A stretch of 64,000 nucleotides of DNA, from positions 128,001 to 192,000 of the IMG/VR virus record IMGVR_UViG_3300014697_000001; one strand, written 5' to 3'. Each line of letters opens with the position of its first letter. Positions within the stretch are counted from its first letter, which is position 1. The notes beneath the pieces are model-generated. The model searched no databases. It was not told where the DNA came from and was given only the letters and a program-made list of their open reading frames with translations. Shown here in pieces: positions 38,935 through 49,520 of the stretch. Both the position numbers and the translations under genes were made by a program. Origin of the DNA: a virus (Duplodnaviria > Caudoviricetes).

Positions 38935-40578
38935 ATGAATTACGCAGAGATTCCGGCCAAGGTCTGGCCAATGGTCCTGACTAAAGAACGGGTCAGTCGC
39001 TTGACCCCGGTCACCAGCCTTGATATCTACGATGGGGCCAGCAGTGAATTTCACGATGAAGGACTGTATTCAACCCGGATCTTCGGTCGGGTGGGTTCAG
39101 ATCAACGCGAAACCACCTTTTCCTACATTAACCTCAAGGTCCGGGTGTTTCACCCCAAGATCTTCAGGGACCTGATGAGCCTGAAAGGCATTTACCGCGG
39201 GATCGTCAGTGGGCGGGAGACCGCCATTTTTGACCCGGTGTCCAAGGATTTCGTTGCAGACAAGTCCGAGAAGGCTGAAACCGGTTACAGCTTCTTTGTT
39301 CGTCACTTCCATGAACTGCAGCTGCGCAAGAGCAAGTCACCGACCCGCCAGATGCGCGTTGAGTTCATTAATCAGTGGCGTGATACCGCATTGGGGCAGT
39401 ACTTGCCGATTATTCCGGCTGGGATGCGTGACCTTGAGATCAATGACAACGGTGTGGTCTCTAAGAACGAGATCCATGACTTGTATTACCGGGCACTGTC
39501 AATCAGTAACACCATCCCGATTAGCAGCGACATGGAATCACCCGCCCTGGACATTGCCCGTAACGCACTGACCAACTGCCTGATGGAAATCTACGACCTC
39601 ATCGAGGGTATGTTGTCCGGTAAGAATGGTCTTATTCTGGACAAGTGGGCCAGCCGTCGGGTGGCTTACGGTACCCGGAACGTCCTGACCGTAATGGACA
39701 CCTCCATTGCCAACTTGGACGACACCAATGCACCGGGTTTCGATGCCACGACCCTTGGCCTGTTTCAGGTCATCAAGGGACTGACCCCAGTCACCATCCA
39801 CCACCTACGTAACCTGGTAGAGCCGTTGATCAACCCAGGGGAAGGTCAAGCCCGGCTGATTGACAAGGAGACCCTCCGTCCCAAATGGGTAACGCTGTCA
39901 CCCGAAACCCGTGATCTGTGGACCACCCGTGATGGATTGGAGCGGATCATCGATCGCTACCAGATGATGGATGTGCGTCATCGGGCTATTGAGGTGGAGG
40001 GGAATTATCTGGCCCTGATCTATAAAGGTCCGGACATGACGTTCAAGATCTTCCACGATCTGCATGACATGCCTGCCGAGCTTAACCGCGATCATGTCCA
40101 CCCCATCAACTTGGTGGAGTTGCTCTACCTCTGTGGTTACAAACACTGGAACCGGTATTTTGCCCAGATCAGTCGTTACCCCATTTCTGGTAACCGCTCG
40201 ATCTATGCGAGCCGCATCTATGTCAAGACAACCATCGTGGGTGAGAAGCGGACTGAACTCGACGATAACTGGGAACCCTATCCAGAAGATCATGTCGCCC
40301 TTGAGTTTCCATTGACTGGATCGACGTCCTATATGGACAGTCAGAGTCCCCACTCAACGAAGCTTGTCGGTCTGGGTGCTGACTTTGACGGTGACACTGG
40401 TTCTGCAACCTTGGTGATGAGTAATGAAGCCTTGGATGAAAACGACAAACTGCTCAGCAGTCGCCAGTATTGGGTCGACACCGACGGCAGTCTGCTTTCC
40501 TCCTACAACTACGACACCATCAAGTACGTGATTGCCAACATGACGGGTCGCTTCAAACACGGCCGGGCAAAAGCCTAA
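38935..40578 (+). CDS. rpoC: virion RNA polymerase beta' N-terminal/catalytic subunit (phiKZ gp180-like)
   Basis: EGLYSTRIFG, LPIIPAGMRD, SGKNG, RYP, and catalytic GADFDGD. Confidence 0.9.
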   Translation: MNYAEIPAKVWPMVLTKERVSRLTPVTSLDIYDGASSEFHDEGLYSTRIFGRVGSDQRETTFSYINLKVRVFHPKIFRDLMSLKGIYRGIVSGRETAIFDPVSKDFVADKSEKAETGYSFFVRHFHELQLRKSKSPTRQMRVEFINQWRDTALGQYLPIIPAGMRDLEINDNGVVSKNEIHDLYYRALSISNTIPISSDMESPALDIARNALTNCLMEIYDLIEGMLSGKNGLILDKWASRRVAYGTRNVLTVMDTSIANLDDTNAPGFDATTLGLFQVIKGLTPVTIHHLRNLVEPLINPGEGQARLIDKETLRPKWVTLSPETRDLWTTRDGLERIIDRYQMMDVRHRAIEVEGNYLALIYKGPDMTFKIFHDLHDMPAELNRDHVHPINLVELLYLCGYKHWNRYFAQISRYPISGNRSIYASRIYVKTTIVGEKRTELDDNWEPYPEDHVALEFPLTGSTSYMDSQSPHSTKLVGLGADFDGDTGSATLVMSNEALDENDKLLSSRQYWVDTDGSLLSSYNYDTIKYVIANMTGRFKHGRAKA

Positions 40579-40607
40579 GTCGATATGTGAGCGCCAGGAG
40601 ATTTAAC

Positions 40608-43600
40608 ATGGCTGTAATGTTTATTTACGAGCGCTATGAAAAGCTGTTCGGTATTCGACGCTTGGGTGGTCTGGAAAACCCCAAGGTCAGGCCGATCAGT
40701 CGCTTTGCGCTACCGCGTGGTACGGTCTACCACTACATGCCCGTCACCGAGACTGAACTCGGCCCGGCCAATGACGACCCTGCCATCAAGGCGGCCCAGC
40801 GGTTGGTCTTCATTGATCATGTATCTGATCTGTTGGTTAAAGACGGCAATCCCCGGCCGACCTATAAGCTGATTGGTCCGATGATTCAGCAGTATCGGCG
40901 TGAGCACATGTTCATCCGACCTATGCGCGATTACATCGGCAGCACCAAAGAGCTGACCAACATGGTAGTGGTCAACTACGCCATGATCGGACACATGTAC
41001 AAGTATCAGCGTTCGGCTCTGAGTCGGTGGTGGTACTGGAAGAACATTCGTTCCACGCAATGGGAGCGGATCAATCAACTGAAGACCCCTCACGAACGTC
41101 ATCATCTGGTCGTGGTGGATGTCCCTCAGAGCCTGCCAGCCCTGTCGGATCTGCGTAAAGCAGAGCGCAACATGACGCCGATGTTGATGAAAGTATTCAA
41201 CTCACGTGAGCGTCTGGATCTGCTGGATCTGTGGATGTGGTTGGGCGAACACCGTGCCAAGGCGCCAATGGCTAAGTTGGACGAATCGCGCCTACACGAG
41301 ATCGAACTGCTTATTCGCCGCGAGACTGGGTTCCTGACCATCAACTTGGGCTTGCTCAATAGCTGGCGTAAAGCAGATGCCGGTGTCTCTATGGAATCGC
41401 TGACCATCGGTGAACCGGACCCTGAGTTTGACTTCGAGGAGACCTTTGATCGGTATGTCTCGATGGAGAACAATGGTGACATGACGCTGGATGAGGACAT
41501 GCAGGTTTCGATGGAAGCTGCGGCTGGCATTGACCCCAAGATCCTCCAGTTGCGCTTCCTGAAGATGCTGACACGGGTTGTTGCCCAGACCAGTACAGTG
41601 CAGGCCGAAGTTGATCCGGATTTGCTGAATGAATCCCCTGAAGCAGGCGAGGTGGACCCTGAAGAAGCGGCTCAGGCCAAGGAAGAAGCTGACGAAGAAG
41701 CCCGGCTGCTGGAGGAGTCAACCAATCCCGAACTGACCATCGAGGAGGCGGAAGAAGAACTGTCTGAAGAACTCGATGAGCCAGCGACCGACAATACCGA
41801 CACTGTACTCACCGATGAGGACGGGGAGCTAGTGATTGAGGCTGACCAGGATAAACGCGAAAGCGTCGGTCAAGTGGTCGGTACCAGCAACATCGCGCAC
41901 ACCCTGACTAGCAGCATTCAGGCTAAGCTCGATGAGTTGGTGGACAAGGACCTGTATACCGCTGCCCAGTACCGTCGGATGCAGCGTATGGCCGAGTCGT
42001 ACAAGACCATGCCCGATCCGTGGAACACAGGGAAGACTGTGGAAGAGTCGCTGGTCATCACCGATGAAGATCAAATCCTCTCGGCAGCTGACAACTACCC
42101 TAAGACTGACGCGGTGCGTGACGAATCCATGTTGCAATCAACCGTGGAACAGATGGACAGTCAGTACATCGAACGGGTGATGAATAAGGACATTCTCAAT
42201 GCGGTGATGTCCGTTCAGAAAGCCGGTGTAGCAGTTACTGGGTATAAGGTAGAGGTGGTGCAGGATGCGGTCAGTCACTATGAGATCCACAAGATCCAGT
42301 TGACCCCTGTAACGGGAAAACCTTCGACCATCTCGTTCCGGGTGCCGGTCGTTGACAAGCGCGGGGTGTACATCTCCAACGGTCAACGGTATCGGATGCG
42401 GACTCAGAAAGCAGACGTACCTATCCGTAAGGTTAACCCCACCCGTGTAGCATTGACCAGCTACTACAGTAAGTTGTTCGTCGAACGCTCTCAGCGCTCT
42501 GTGTTCAACTACGATGCCTGGATCGGTAAGCAGATTGTCGCCAAGGGTCTTGATCAGACCGATAACGACATCAACAATGTAAAGGTCGCTGACGTAGCGG
42601 ACTTCGGACTTGACCTGCCCACGATTTACACCATCATCGGTAGTCGTGTGATGTCCTTTGAGTCGAATGGACAGTACTGGTTCGATTACAAGAACCGTCA
42701 CCGCAGCCGTGTATTGGACATGGTACAGGTCGAAGCGCTGGAGAACAAGCATCCTGGGATGGTGGTCTGCGGTAAGCGCGACAACGGTTATGTACTGGTG
42801 GACCGTGACAATGCTTTCTACCTGGTTAAGGGTAATGAACAGGTTGAAGAGCTAGGCCATGTCGAAGAGCTGTTTAACCTGAACCGTGAAAAGGCCCCGG
42901 TGGGGATGGCTGAAATCAGCATCTTCGGTAAAACCATGCCGGTTGGAATCGCACTGGCGTATCTGGTCGGGTTTGATCGGTTGCTTGAACTGACCAAAGC
43001 CAGCTTCCGGACGGTCCCTGTTGGAACTCGGCTGCAGATGGGGCCGGATGAGTACGCGTTGAAGTTCCTGGATGAAACGGTGGTGCTCGACAAGACCGAC
43101 GACAAAGTCAGTATGATTTTCGCCGGGTTCGTGCACTATCACAAGCAGATCAAGAGCTTCAGTCGCCACAGCTTCAATGCCAAGGACGTGTACTTCACGG
43201 TGCTGGACGCTAACGGTATCGGGTTGCGGTATTTGCGTGAACTGGACCTGATGAACGCCATGTGGGTCGATCCGATCACCAAGGGCGTACTCGAGTGGAT
43301 GAAAGAACCCACCGAGTATGTGCCATTGTTGCTACGGGCTGTCGAACTGCTGATCAACCGTTATGTCCCAACTGTTGTGGAAGGGGCGGAAGGTCTGATC
43401 GATGGTCTCGAACGAGCCAAGGGCTATGAGCGGATTCCAGGAGCAGTCTATGGGGAACTGGTGCGTTCGATTCGGGTGTATAACTCGCGCAGTGCATCGA
43501 GCAACTCTCAAGTCACCATGAAGCCTCATGAAGTCTGGACCAACATCGTCCAAGACCCGGCGTCGGCACTGGTCGATGACATCAACCCGATTCAGAACCT

Positions 43601-44999
43601 CAAGCAAAAGGAGATCATCACGTACGGGGGTCGCGGTGGACGGAGCAGCCGCTCGATGACCGCAGAATCTCGCCTGTACAAGGAAAGTGATATTGGCTTC
43701 ATCTCTGGCGATACAGTGGACTCGGGGGACGTGGCGGTCATCACCTACATGTCACCGAATGCCAACATCACCAGCATTCGCGGTACCGTTCGCAAGTACG
43801 ACAAGGAAAAGGATGGTTCGGCTAACCTGCTGTCGACATCGGCTTTGATCTCACCGTTCTCTGACCGAGATGACCCGAAACGCGTCAACTTCATCGGCAT
43901 CCAACAGTCTCACGTAATCGCTGCACAGGGTTACCGTGAGTCACCTATCAGCACCGGTTACGATCACATTCTGGCCCATCGGGTCGATGAGATCTTCGCC
44001 GTGCCTGCCTCTAAAGCAGGTGAAGTGGTTGAGCAGAGTGACGAGCATCTGGTGGTGGCGTATGAGGACGGGACGTTTGAACACGTTGATCTGACCACGC
44101 AGTATGGCATCTCGGCCGGTTCGGTCTATCCACAGCGACAGGCTACAACCCTGAAGCTGGGCGACAAGATCGAGAAGGGCGACATCCTCAAGTACAACGC
44201 CGGGTTCTTCAAGCCCAGCCGGTTCCATCCCAAGCAGGTGCAGTGGATGGCAGGGGTGATTGCCCGGACAGCTTTGATGGAAGCGTCCTATACGCTCGAG
44301 GACTCCTCGGCCATTGATGATTGGTTGGCTGAGCAACTGGGATCGGAAGTCACCAAGGTCAAGACCATTGTTGTTCGGTTTGACCAGACAATCCGTAACT
44401 TGGTCAAGGAAGGCGACCACACGGACATCGCAACTATCCTATGTACGATCGAAGACGCTGTAACAGCCGAATCCGGCTTGTTCTCAGACGACGATCTGGA
44501 TACCTTGCGCCTGATGTCATCGGCAACACCTTCGGCAGGCGCTGTAGGTGAAGTCTCGAAGATCGAAGTCTTCTACCATGGTGACCCGGACGACATGTCG
44601 GATTCGCTTTTGGAGTTGGCGTTGGCTCACGACAAGCGTCGCCGTAAGGTGGCCAAGCGGCTGGGTAAACCGGCAGCCAGTGGGCAAGTGGATCAGTCAT
44701 TGCGTATTGATGGCAACGGTCTCGAACTCGATCACATGGCAATCAAGGTGTACATCACGCACCGTGAAGGAATGTCGGTAGGGGACAAGTTGGTATTTGC
44801 CTCCCAGATGAAGAGTGTTGTCGGTCACCGGTTGTCGGGGATCAATGAGACCGAATCGGGGCGGACAGTCAACGCAGTCTTCGGCGCCAAGTCGGTCATG
44901 GACCGGATTGTATTGTCCGCACTGTTGTCTGGCATGACCATCTCGGTCTTGACAGCGATTGGTGAAAACGCTGCCGCGATGTGGATGGACGGTAAATAA
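40608..44999 (+). CDS. rpoB: virion RNA polymerase beta N-terminal subunit (phiKZ gp178-like)
   Basis: YISNGQRY, GRGGRS, DTVDSGDV, RDDPKRVNFIGIQ, EDSSAI, GDKLVFASQMKSV; AGGAG RBS before ATG 40608. Confidence 0.88.
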   Translation: MAVMFIYERYEKLFGIRRLGGLENPKVRPISRFALPRGTVYHYMPVTETELGPANDDPAIKAAQRLVFIDHVSDLLVKDGNPRPTYKLIGPMIQQYRREHMFIRPMRDYIGSTKELTNMVVVNYAMIGHMYKYQRSALSRWWYWKNIRSTQWERINQLKTPHERHHLVVVDVPQSLPALSDLRKAERNMTPMLMKVFNSRERLDLLDLWMWLGEHRAKAPMAKLDESRLHEIELLIRRETGFLTINLGLLNSWRKADAGVSMESLTIGEPDPEFDFEETFDRYVSMENNGDMTLDEDMQVSMEAAAGIDPKILQLRFLKMLTRVVAQTSTVQAEVDPDLLNESPEAGEVDPEEAAQAKEEADEEARLLEESTNPELTIEEAEEELSEELDEPATDNTDTVLTDEDGELVIEADQDKRESVGQVVGTSNIAHTLTSSIQAKLDELVDKDLYTAAQYRRMQRMAESYKTMPDPWNTGKTVEESLVITDEDQILSAADNYPKTDAVRDESMLQSTVEQMDSQYIERVMNKDILNAVMSVQKAGVAVTGYKVEVVQDAVSHYEIHKIQLTPVTGKPSTISFRVPVVDKRGVYISNGQRYRMRTQKADVPIRKVNPTRVALTSYYSKLFVERSQRSVFNYDAWIGKQIVAKGLDQTDNDINNVKVADVADFGLDLPTIYTIIGSRVMSFESNGQYWFDYKNRHRSRVLDMVQVEALENKHPGMVVCGKRDNGYVLVDRDNAFYLVKGNEQVEELGHVEELFNLNREKAPVGMAEISIFGKTMPVGIALAYLVGFDRLLELTKASFRTVPVGTRLQMGPDEYALKFLDETVVLDKTDDKVSMIFAGFVHYHKQIKSFSRHSFNAKDVYFTVLDANGIGLRYLRELDLMNAMWVDPITKGVLEWMKEPTEYVPLLLRAVELLINRYVPTVVEGAEGLIDGLERAKGYERIPGAVYGELVRSIRVYNSRSASSNSQVTMKPHEVWTNIVQDPASALVDDINPIQNLKQKEIITYGGRGGRSSRSMTAESRLYKESDIGFISGDTVDSGDVAVITYMSPNANITSIRGTVRKYDKEKDGSANLLSTSALISPFSDRDDPKRVNFIGIQQSHVIAAQGYRESPISTGYDHILAHRVDEIFAVPASKAGEVVEQSDEHLVVAYEDGTFEHVDLTTQYGISAGSVYPQRQATTLKLGDKIEKGDILKYNAGFFKPSRFHPKQVQWMAGVIARTALMEASYTLEDSSAIDDWLAEQLGSEVTKVKTIVVRFDQTIRNLVKEGDHTDIATILCTIEDAVTAESGLFSDDDLDTLRLMSSATPSAGAVGEVSKIEVFYHGDPDDMSDSLLELALAHDKRRRKVAKRLGKPAASGQVDQSLRIDGNGLELDHMAIKVYITHREGMSVGDKLVFASQMKSVVGHRLSGINETESGRTVNAVFGAKSVMDRIVLSALLSGMTISVLTAIGENAAAMWMDGK

Positions 45000-45009
45000 C
45001 GTGATCGAA

Positions 45010-45037
45010 GGCCAGAGATCTTCAAGGGTCTCTGGCC
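45010..45037 (+). terminator. hairpin after the RNAP beta gene
   Basis: GGCCAGAGA...TCTCTGGCC followed by CTCCTTTT. Confidence 0.55.
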
Positions 45038-45073
45038 CTCCTTTTACAGCTTCACAAAACAGGGTTTTCTCTC

Positions 45074-45268
45074 ATGAGCACCAATACTACTTTTGACAAC
45101 CTGTCGGTGTTGGCGAACGCCGTCGACATCGGCGTCGAGATCATCGGAAACGTCTCCGGCAACATGATCTCCAACCGTCTGGAAGGTACCACGCTGAACG
45201 ATCGCACGATCGCAGCTATCCTGGCTGCCGAACTGAACAATGTAATCGAGGGTCGTGAACATGCTTAA
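45074..45268 (+). CDS. small hypothetical protein
   Basis: 64 aa, overlaps the start of the next gene. Confidence 0.55.
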   Translation: MSTNTTFDNLSVLANAVDIGVEIIGNVSGNMISNRLEGTTLNDRTIAAILAAELNNVIEGREHA

Positions 45269-46610
45269 CCGTATCGCCATCGAAGCAGCCCTGCCAGTGG
45301 CTCAGCGTTTGGCTGAGCGTAAGCTGCGCGTGCTGCCGAGCGAAGGTAGCCCTTTGCTCAGCCTGACCATGACCACTGAAACCGCCATGGTGGAAAACGC
45401 CCTGGCCCTGAACAGTGATGTCACCGCTGTACTGCAAGAGCGTTCCAACAACGACCTTCATCGCCTGGCCAAAGCCGACATCATCAAACTGGCTTCGCTG
45501 TCCATCTCCCGTCTGCATGACATGACGCGCAACGTCATTCTGCCGCACATCAAGGACGTGGTTCCGCGTGTTCAGGCCTACGTCAGTGCCCGTCGGGTCG
45601 AGGCCTCCCTCCCTTACACCGTGGAGATGCGTGAAATCCCTGCCGTGTACAGCAACCCTGTTCTGAAGCAGCTGTATGAGCGCTACCCGACTGCCAGTCA
45701 GTTGGATACTCCCGCTCGCAACCTGTGCCCGGTCGAACTGGACCGAATCAAGGACCTCTGCAAAACCGGTATGGCAGGCTTCGACGAAGAACTGGCCCTG
45801 ATTCTGGGGCTGGGCAACGACGAAGGCTATGCCGAAGTTCAGCAAGTGCTGTCGGGTCGCAAAGGTGTACAGGCACTCCACGTCGATCACCTTCCTGGTG
45901 TTCTGGTGGCCGCTCAAGCCATCTACGGTGAACCCGAGCCGGGTGTTAACCTGACACTGGTCGAGTACAACGATCTGGTCAACCGCCTGCTGGCCAAAAC
46001 TGCCCAGTTGATTCGCGGTGCCCAGTTGCGTTACGAAGCAGCCGACAAGGCTGGCACCCTCTATGCCACAGGTCGGGATTCGCTGACCACTGTTGCAGTG
46101 ATGGGTCGCGTCTACCGCCAGATGTTGGACCAGGGTCTTACCCCGGAGGCACTGATCGGTAACGAGATGGCCGGCCGTCGGTTCAGTCAGGGTCAGCTGA
46201 TCGAGAACAAGACCGCTCTGGAACAGATCTACACCCGTGAGATGAACCTGCGCAGCCTCAAGGTACAGTCTGAAATGACCGGCATTGTGCGCGATGGCGT
46301 GCGCCAGATCGTCAATGGTGAAATCGTTGAGAAAGACCTCGGCGAGGACATGGCCGATGCGCAACGTAAGCTGGTCGAACTGTGCAGCAAGATTCACGAG
46401 AAGTGCTGCGATGATCTGAATCAACTGATCACCGAAATCATCTGTGAAGTCTTCTACCCGAAGACCGATGCCCTGACCTTCATCAACCTGATGAATCGTG
46501 TTGGTGCGCAGATGGAGGCCGATGCTGACCCGCGCGAAGTGGCGCTGATGGCCACCGTGAAGTACATCAGCCACTGGCAAGCGCGCCAGCTGGGCCTGAT
46601 CCAGGCGTAA
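45261..46610 (+). CDS. virion head protein (phiKZ gp177-like)
   Basis: 449-aa ORF in the conserved RNAP-to-protease block. Confidence 0.6.
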   Translation: MLNRIAIEAALPVAQRLAERKLRVLPSEGSPLLSLTMTTETAMVENALALNSDVTAVLQERSNNDLHRLAKADIIKLASLSISRLHDMTRNVILPHIKDVVPRVQAYVSARRVEASLPYTVEMREIPAVYSNPVLKQLYERYPTASQLDTPARNLCPVELDRIKDLCKTGMAGFDEELALILGLGNDEGYAEVQQVLSGRKGVQALHVDHLPGVLVAAQAIYGEPEPGVNLTLVEYNDLVNRLLAKTAQLIRGAQLRYEAADKAGTLYATGRDSLTTVAVMGRVYRQMLDQGLTPEALIGNEMAGRRFSQGQLIENKTALEQIYTREMNLRSLKVQSEMTGIVRDGVRQIVNGEIVEKDLGEDMADAQRKLVELCSKIHEKCCDDLNQLITEIICEVFYPKTDALTFINLMNRVGAQMEADADPREVALMATVKYISHWQARQLGLIQA

Positions 46611-46663
46611 TGGCAATTGTGGTCAGTGGGGCGACCCACTGACCCTCTCAAGGATATCTCACC

Positions 46664-47395
46664 ATGAGCATTTCATCTTCCCGATACATCCGTGATGCAG
46701 CTCGGGTACACAAGGCCCTTTCTCGCACCGATGAAGGGTCGTACGTGGCATTGAAGCCACTGAAGGTCCAGATCCCAGCACGCTTTCCCCAGCGTGAACT
46801 GGCGGTCTTCGAGGAAGAGATCACCTTCCTGGGGTTTTGCGCCATCATCCTCGACGATACGTACTACATGGCTTCGAAGATCTGTGCACCCATCCGTAGT
46901 GAACCCACACTGGTGGGCAGTGCAGTCGTCGATGAGGTAGAGTACATTGAGATGCAATATGAACCAGGTGATAGGGTCATTGCCAGTGAAGATCTGGTGA
47001 TGATCGACAACCTGCTCTACCGCATTTACGATGAGTTGATTGCGAAAGGTCGTGTGCCATGGTACCTGACTTACCGCGAACTCGGTGGGATGTTTTCCAC
47101 CGCTCGTAAACACGCCGGCGTCAGGGTCGGTAAGACCCCCACGGTGATGGAGATCATCACCAGCACCATTTGCCGTGACCCGTCCGATCTGAGACGGTTC
47201 TACCGCGAATCGGTGGAAACCTATGAAGATATTGACCAGAATCCTCCGACCATCATTCCACTGCGTAACGTAAGCTATGGTGCGAATAACACCATTGCGA
47301 AGTTGGCAGGTAGTCGGTTTGATGAAGGTATGACCAGTGCGATTGTGAACCCAGGTGACCGGGTTGAGCGCACTGAACGAATTCTGCGAACTTGA
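46664..47395 (+). CDS. probable virion RNAP beta' C-terminal subunit (phiKZ gp176-like)
   Basis: VMEIITSTICRD...PLRNVSYGANNTIAKLAGSRFDEGMTSAI resembles the RpoC C-terminus; sits just upstream of the protease. Confidence 0.55.
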   Translation: MSISSSRYIRDAARVHKALSRTDEGSYVALKPLKVQIPARFPQRELAVFEEEITFLGFCAIILDDTYYMASKICAPIRSEPTLVGSAVVDEVEYIEMQYEPGDRVIASEDLVMIDNLLYRIYDELIAKGRVPWYLTYRELGGMFSTARKHAGVRVGKTPTVMEIITSTICRDPSDLRRFYRESVETYEDIDQNPPTIIPLRNVSYGANNTIAKLAGSRFDEGMTSAIVNPGDRVERTERILRT

Positions 47396-47408
47396 GTTGA
47401 GGTTCCTC

Positions 47409-48197
47409 ATGGAACGTATTGTTTATCAGTGTAACGTGTTGCAGGGCATCAACAAGGCAGGGGACCTTAAGAAGCTCGACAACGGCTATTATGAAGTACG
47501 TTTGGGTGCCCTTGGGGCATTCAATGCTCAGGGCTGGCTGTACAGCGAGCCAGAAGGTCGGCGCCTCATCGAGGGTTCTGGTGGCCTGATGCGCATGATC
47601 GATGCAGGTCGTCTGCGTGGCGAGTGCGGTCATCCACGGTTTCGGCCGGGTATGAGTCAGATGGAATGGTTCGGTCGTGTCAATGACATCTATGAACCTA
47701 ACGTCTGCGTCCATATCCGCCGGATTCGTCTGGAGCCGGGTGTCGATGAACGGGGCCGTGGTGTGACCATGGTGGTGGGCGAGGTCAAAGCCTCTGGTAA
47801 AGAGAGCATGTGGCTTGACCGTCAGCTGGAGAACCGGGATGAGGACGTATGCTTCTCAATCCGTTCCTTCACCGATGACAAGGTCATTGGTGGCATCAAG
47901 ACCAAGTTGCTGAAGAAGATCGTGACCTGGGATTGTGTGAACGAGCCTGGGATCGCCAAGTCTTCGAAATACGGCACCGCCTCGCTGGAAAGCCTCGCTC
48001 AGGATGCTAATGGGGATATCCCGATGGCTGAACTGGAAACTGCGTTCTACATCGACGCACTTCGCCGCGAAGCCCAAGCGATTCCGACAGGTGTAGGTGA
48101 GGGCATCGGCTTTGAAAGTCGCGCCAATATGTTCAGCCTCATCGCTGAAGTTGAACGTCCCATCCGGGCCTACGTACCCTCCAGCTGGAGATGGTAA
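47409..48197 (+). CDS. prohead protease (T4 gp21 family, phiKZ gp175-like)
   Basis: GECGHP (catalytic His), FSIRS (Ser), TWDCVNEPG; C-terminal SLE/GFE self-cleavage-type motifs. Confidence 0.88.
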   Translation: MERIVYQCNVLQGINKAGDLKKLDNGYYEVRLGALGAFNAQGWLYSEPEGRRLIEGSGGLMRMIDAGRLRGECGHPRFRPGMSQMEWFGRVNDIYEPNVCVHIRRIRLEPGVDERGRGVTMVVGEVKASGKESMWLDRQLENRDEDVCFSIRSFTDDKVIGGIKTKLLKKIVTWDCVNEPGIAKSSKYGTASLESLAQDANGDIPMAELETAFYIDALRREAQAIPTGVGEGIGFESRANMFSLIAEVERPIRAYVPSSWRW

Positions 48198-49520
48198 ATG
48201 AACGACACATTCCACAATGCCTTGGTGGATGCGTCTGAGCGGGTAGAGGCAGAAGCGACTCTGGCACCGGCGCTTGCTACGCTCTCTGAGCTGGCAGACA
48301 TCGATGCCAGTCGCATCACCCTAGAGAGCTGCATTGAGCAGCTCACTATGGCTGACGGCTCAATTGTCGATGTCCTGGAAGCTGAGCAGACCTACCTGGA
48401 ATGGCGGGCGTCCCACTCCGACCTCTTGTCTGGACAGAGTCGTGCCCAGACCGGTGAGGCACTGATTGATGAGATTCGTGACGCCGTGGCGGTGCTAAAT
48501 AACCCTGCCATGGAATCGAACCTGATCCAGAACCTCAAGCGCAGTTTCCACGCCATGAGCACGTCCCTTCGGACCTTTGGCAAGAACCTGGTCGACATCA
48601 AGACAAAGCTTAACGTCAACCGCTCAAACATCGCAGAAAACCCTGTCATGCTCAGTTCTGCCAGTACTTACTCCTTCTTGACTCGGGATAACAAACCGGT
48701 CAACAAGATGAGCTCCAGTATTGACCAGGACCTTAAATTCATTGAAGCGTGCGAGTCCAAGTACCAGATGCTCTTTGAGCGTTCCACGGACATGGGTAAG
48801 AAGTTTCGTGAAGCGGCTAACAGCGATTCCAACGAAGTTATTCGTGAGGCCATCGATTTCTTCGATGAGAACATCCTCGACCGCACCGAGTTCAATGACC
48901 TGACCCGTTTCAAGTTGCTGGGCAATCGTACGGTGGCCATGGATAAGCGAGGTTACCCTCAGTTCAAGAAGTCGCCGATACCGTGGTCGTTTACCTCCAA
49001 GGATGACGACGAACACAACCTTCCGACCATGCTGGCCAAAAAGAAGATCCACGGATTTTCCATTGGCGGGCCGATCACCACTGTGAAGGGTGTGGTAGGT
49101 CTGAATTCCGTTGTGGCCAAGAAAAAAGTAGCCGAACAGATCAAGGCTTCAGGTGGTGAAACCGAAGTCAGTGATTTCGTCAAGGTAATTGACAAAACGC
49201 TGGCGCTGAACACCCGAGCTGTCAAGTTCGCTCAAATGGCGGCTGCCATGAGTGAAAAAGTCCAGCGGCTTTCTAGCGACATGGACGATGCGTACAATCA
49301 TGTGAACACAGAGAAAACCCAGCAGGAAAACGTAACTCGCCTTCGTGAGCTGCGTGCCCTGCATCGTGCGGCTCGCCGCAGCGTGTCTCAGTACATGTTT
49401 CTGGGGAAAGCCATCGCCACCATGATGGAAGACCATTCCAATTACGTGTACCGCAACGTCACACTCATTGCCCATGATGTGTTGAAACAAACCTCCAAAC
49501 CTCGCAAGGAAACGAAGTAA
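48198..49520 (+). CDS. internal head protein with acidic propeptide
   Basis: Acidic N-terminal ~105 aa ending in PAMES, then a basic mature region; coupled to the protease gene. Confidence 0.6.
   Translation: MNDTFHNALVDASERVEAEATLAPALATLSELADIDASRITLESCIEQLTMADGSIVDVLEAEQTYLEWRASHSDLLSGQSRAQTGEALIDEIRDAVAVLNNPAMESNLIQNLKRSFHAMSTSLRTFGKNLVDIKTKLNVNRSNIAENPVMLSSASTYSFLTRDNKPVNKMSSSIDQDLKFIEACESKYQMLFERSTDMGKKFREAANSDSNEVIREAIDFFDENILDRTEFNDLTRFKLLGNRTVAMDKRGYPQFKKSPIPWSFTSKDDDEHNLPTMLAKKKIHGFSIGGPITTVKGVVGLNSVVAKKKVAEQIKASGGETEVSDFVKVIDKTLALNTRAVKFAQMAAAMSEKVQRLSSDMDDAYNHVNTEKTQQENVTRLRELRALHRAARRSVSQYMFLGKAIATMMEDHSNYVYRNVTLIAHDVLKQTSKPRKETK

Noticed and set aside
38935-44999. Introns or inteins in the RNAP genes
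   Set aside because: Both ORFs are continuous, and I saw no intein termini or homing-endonuclease motifs.
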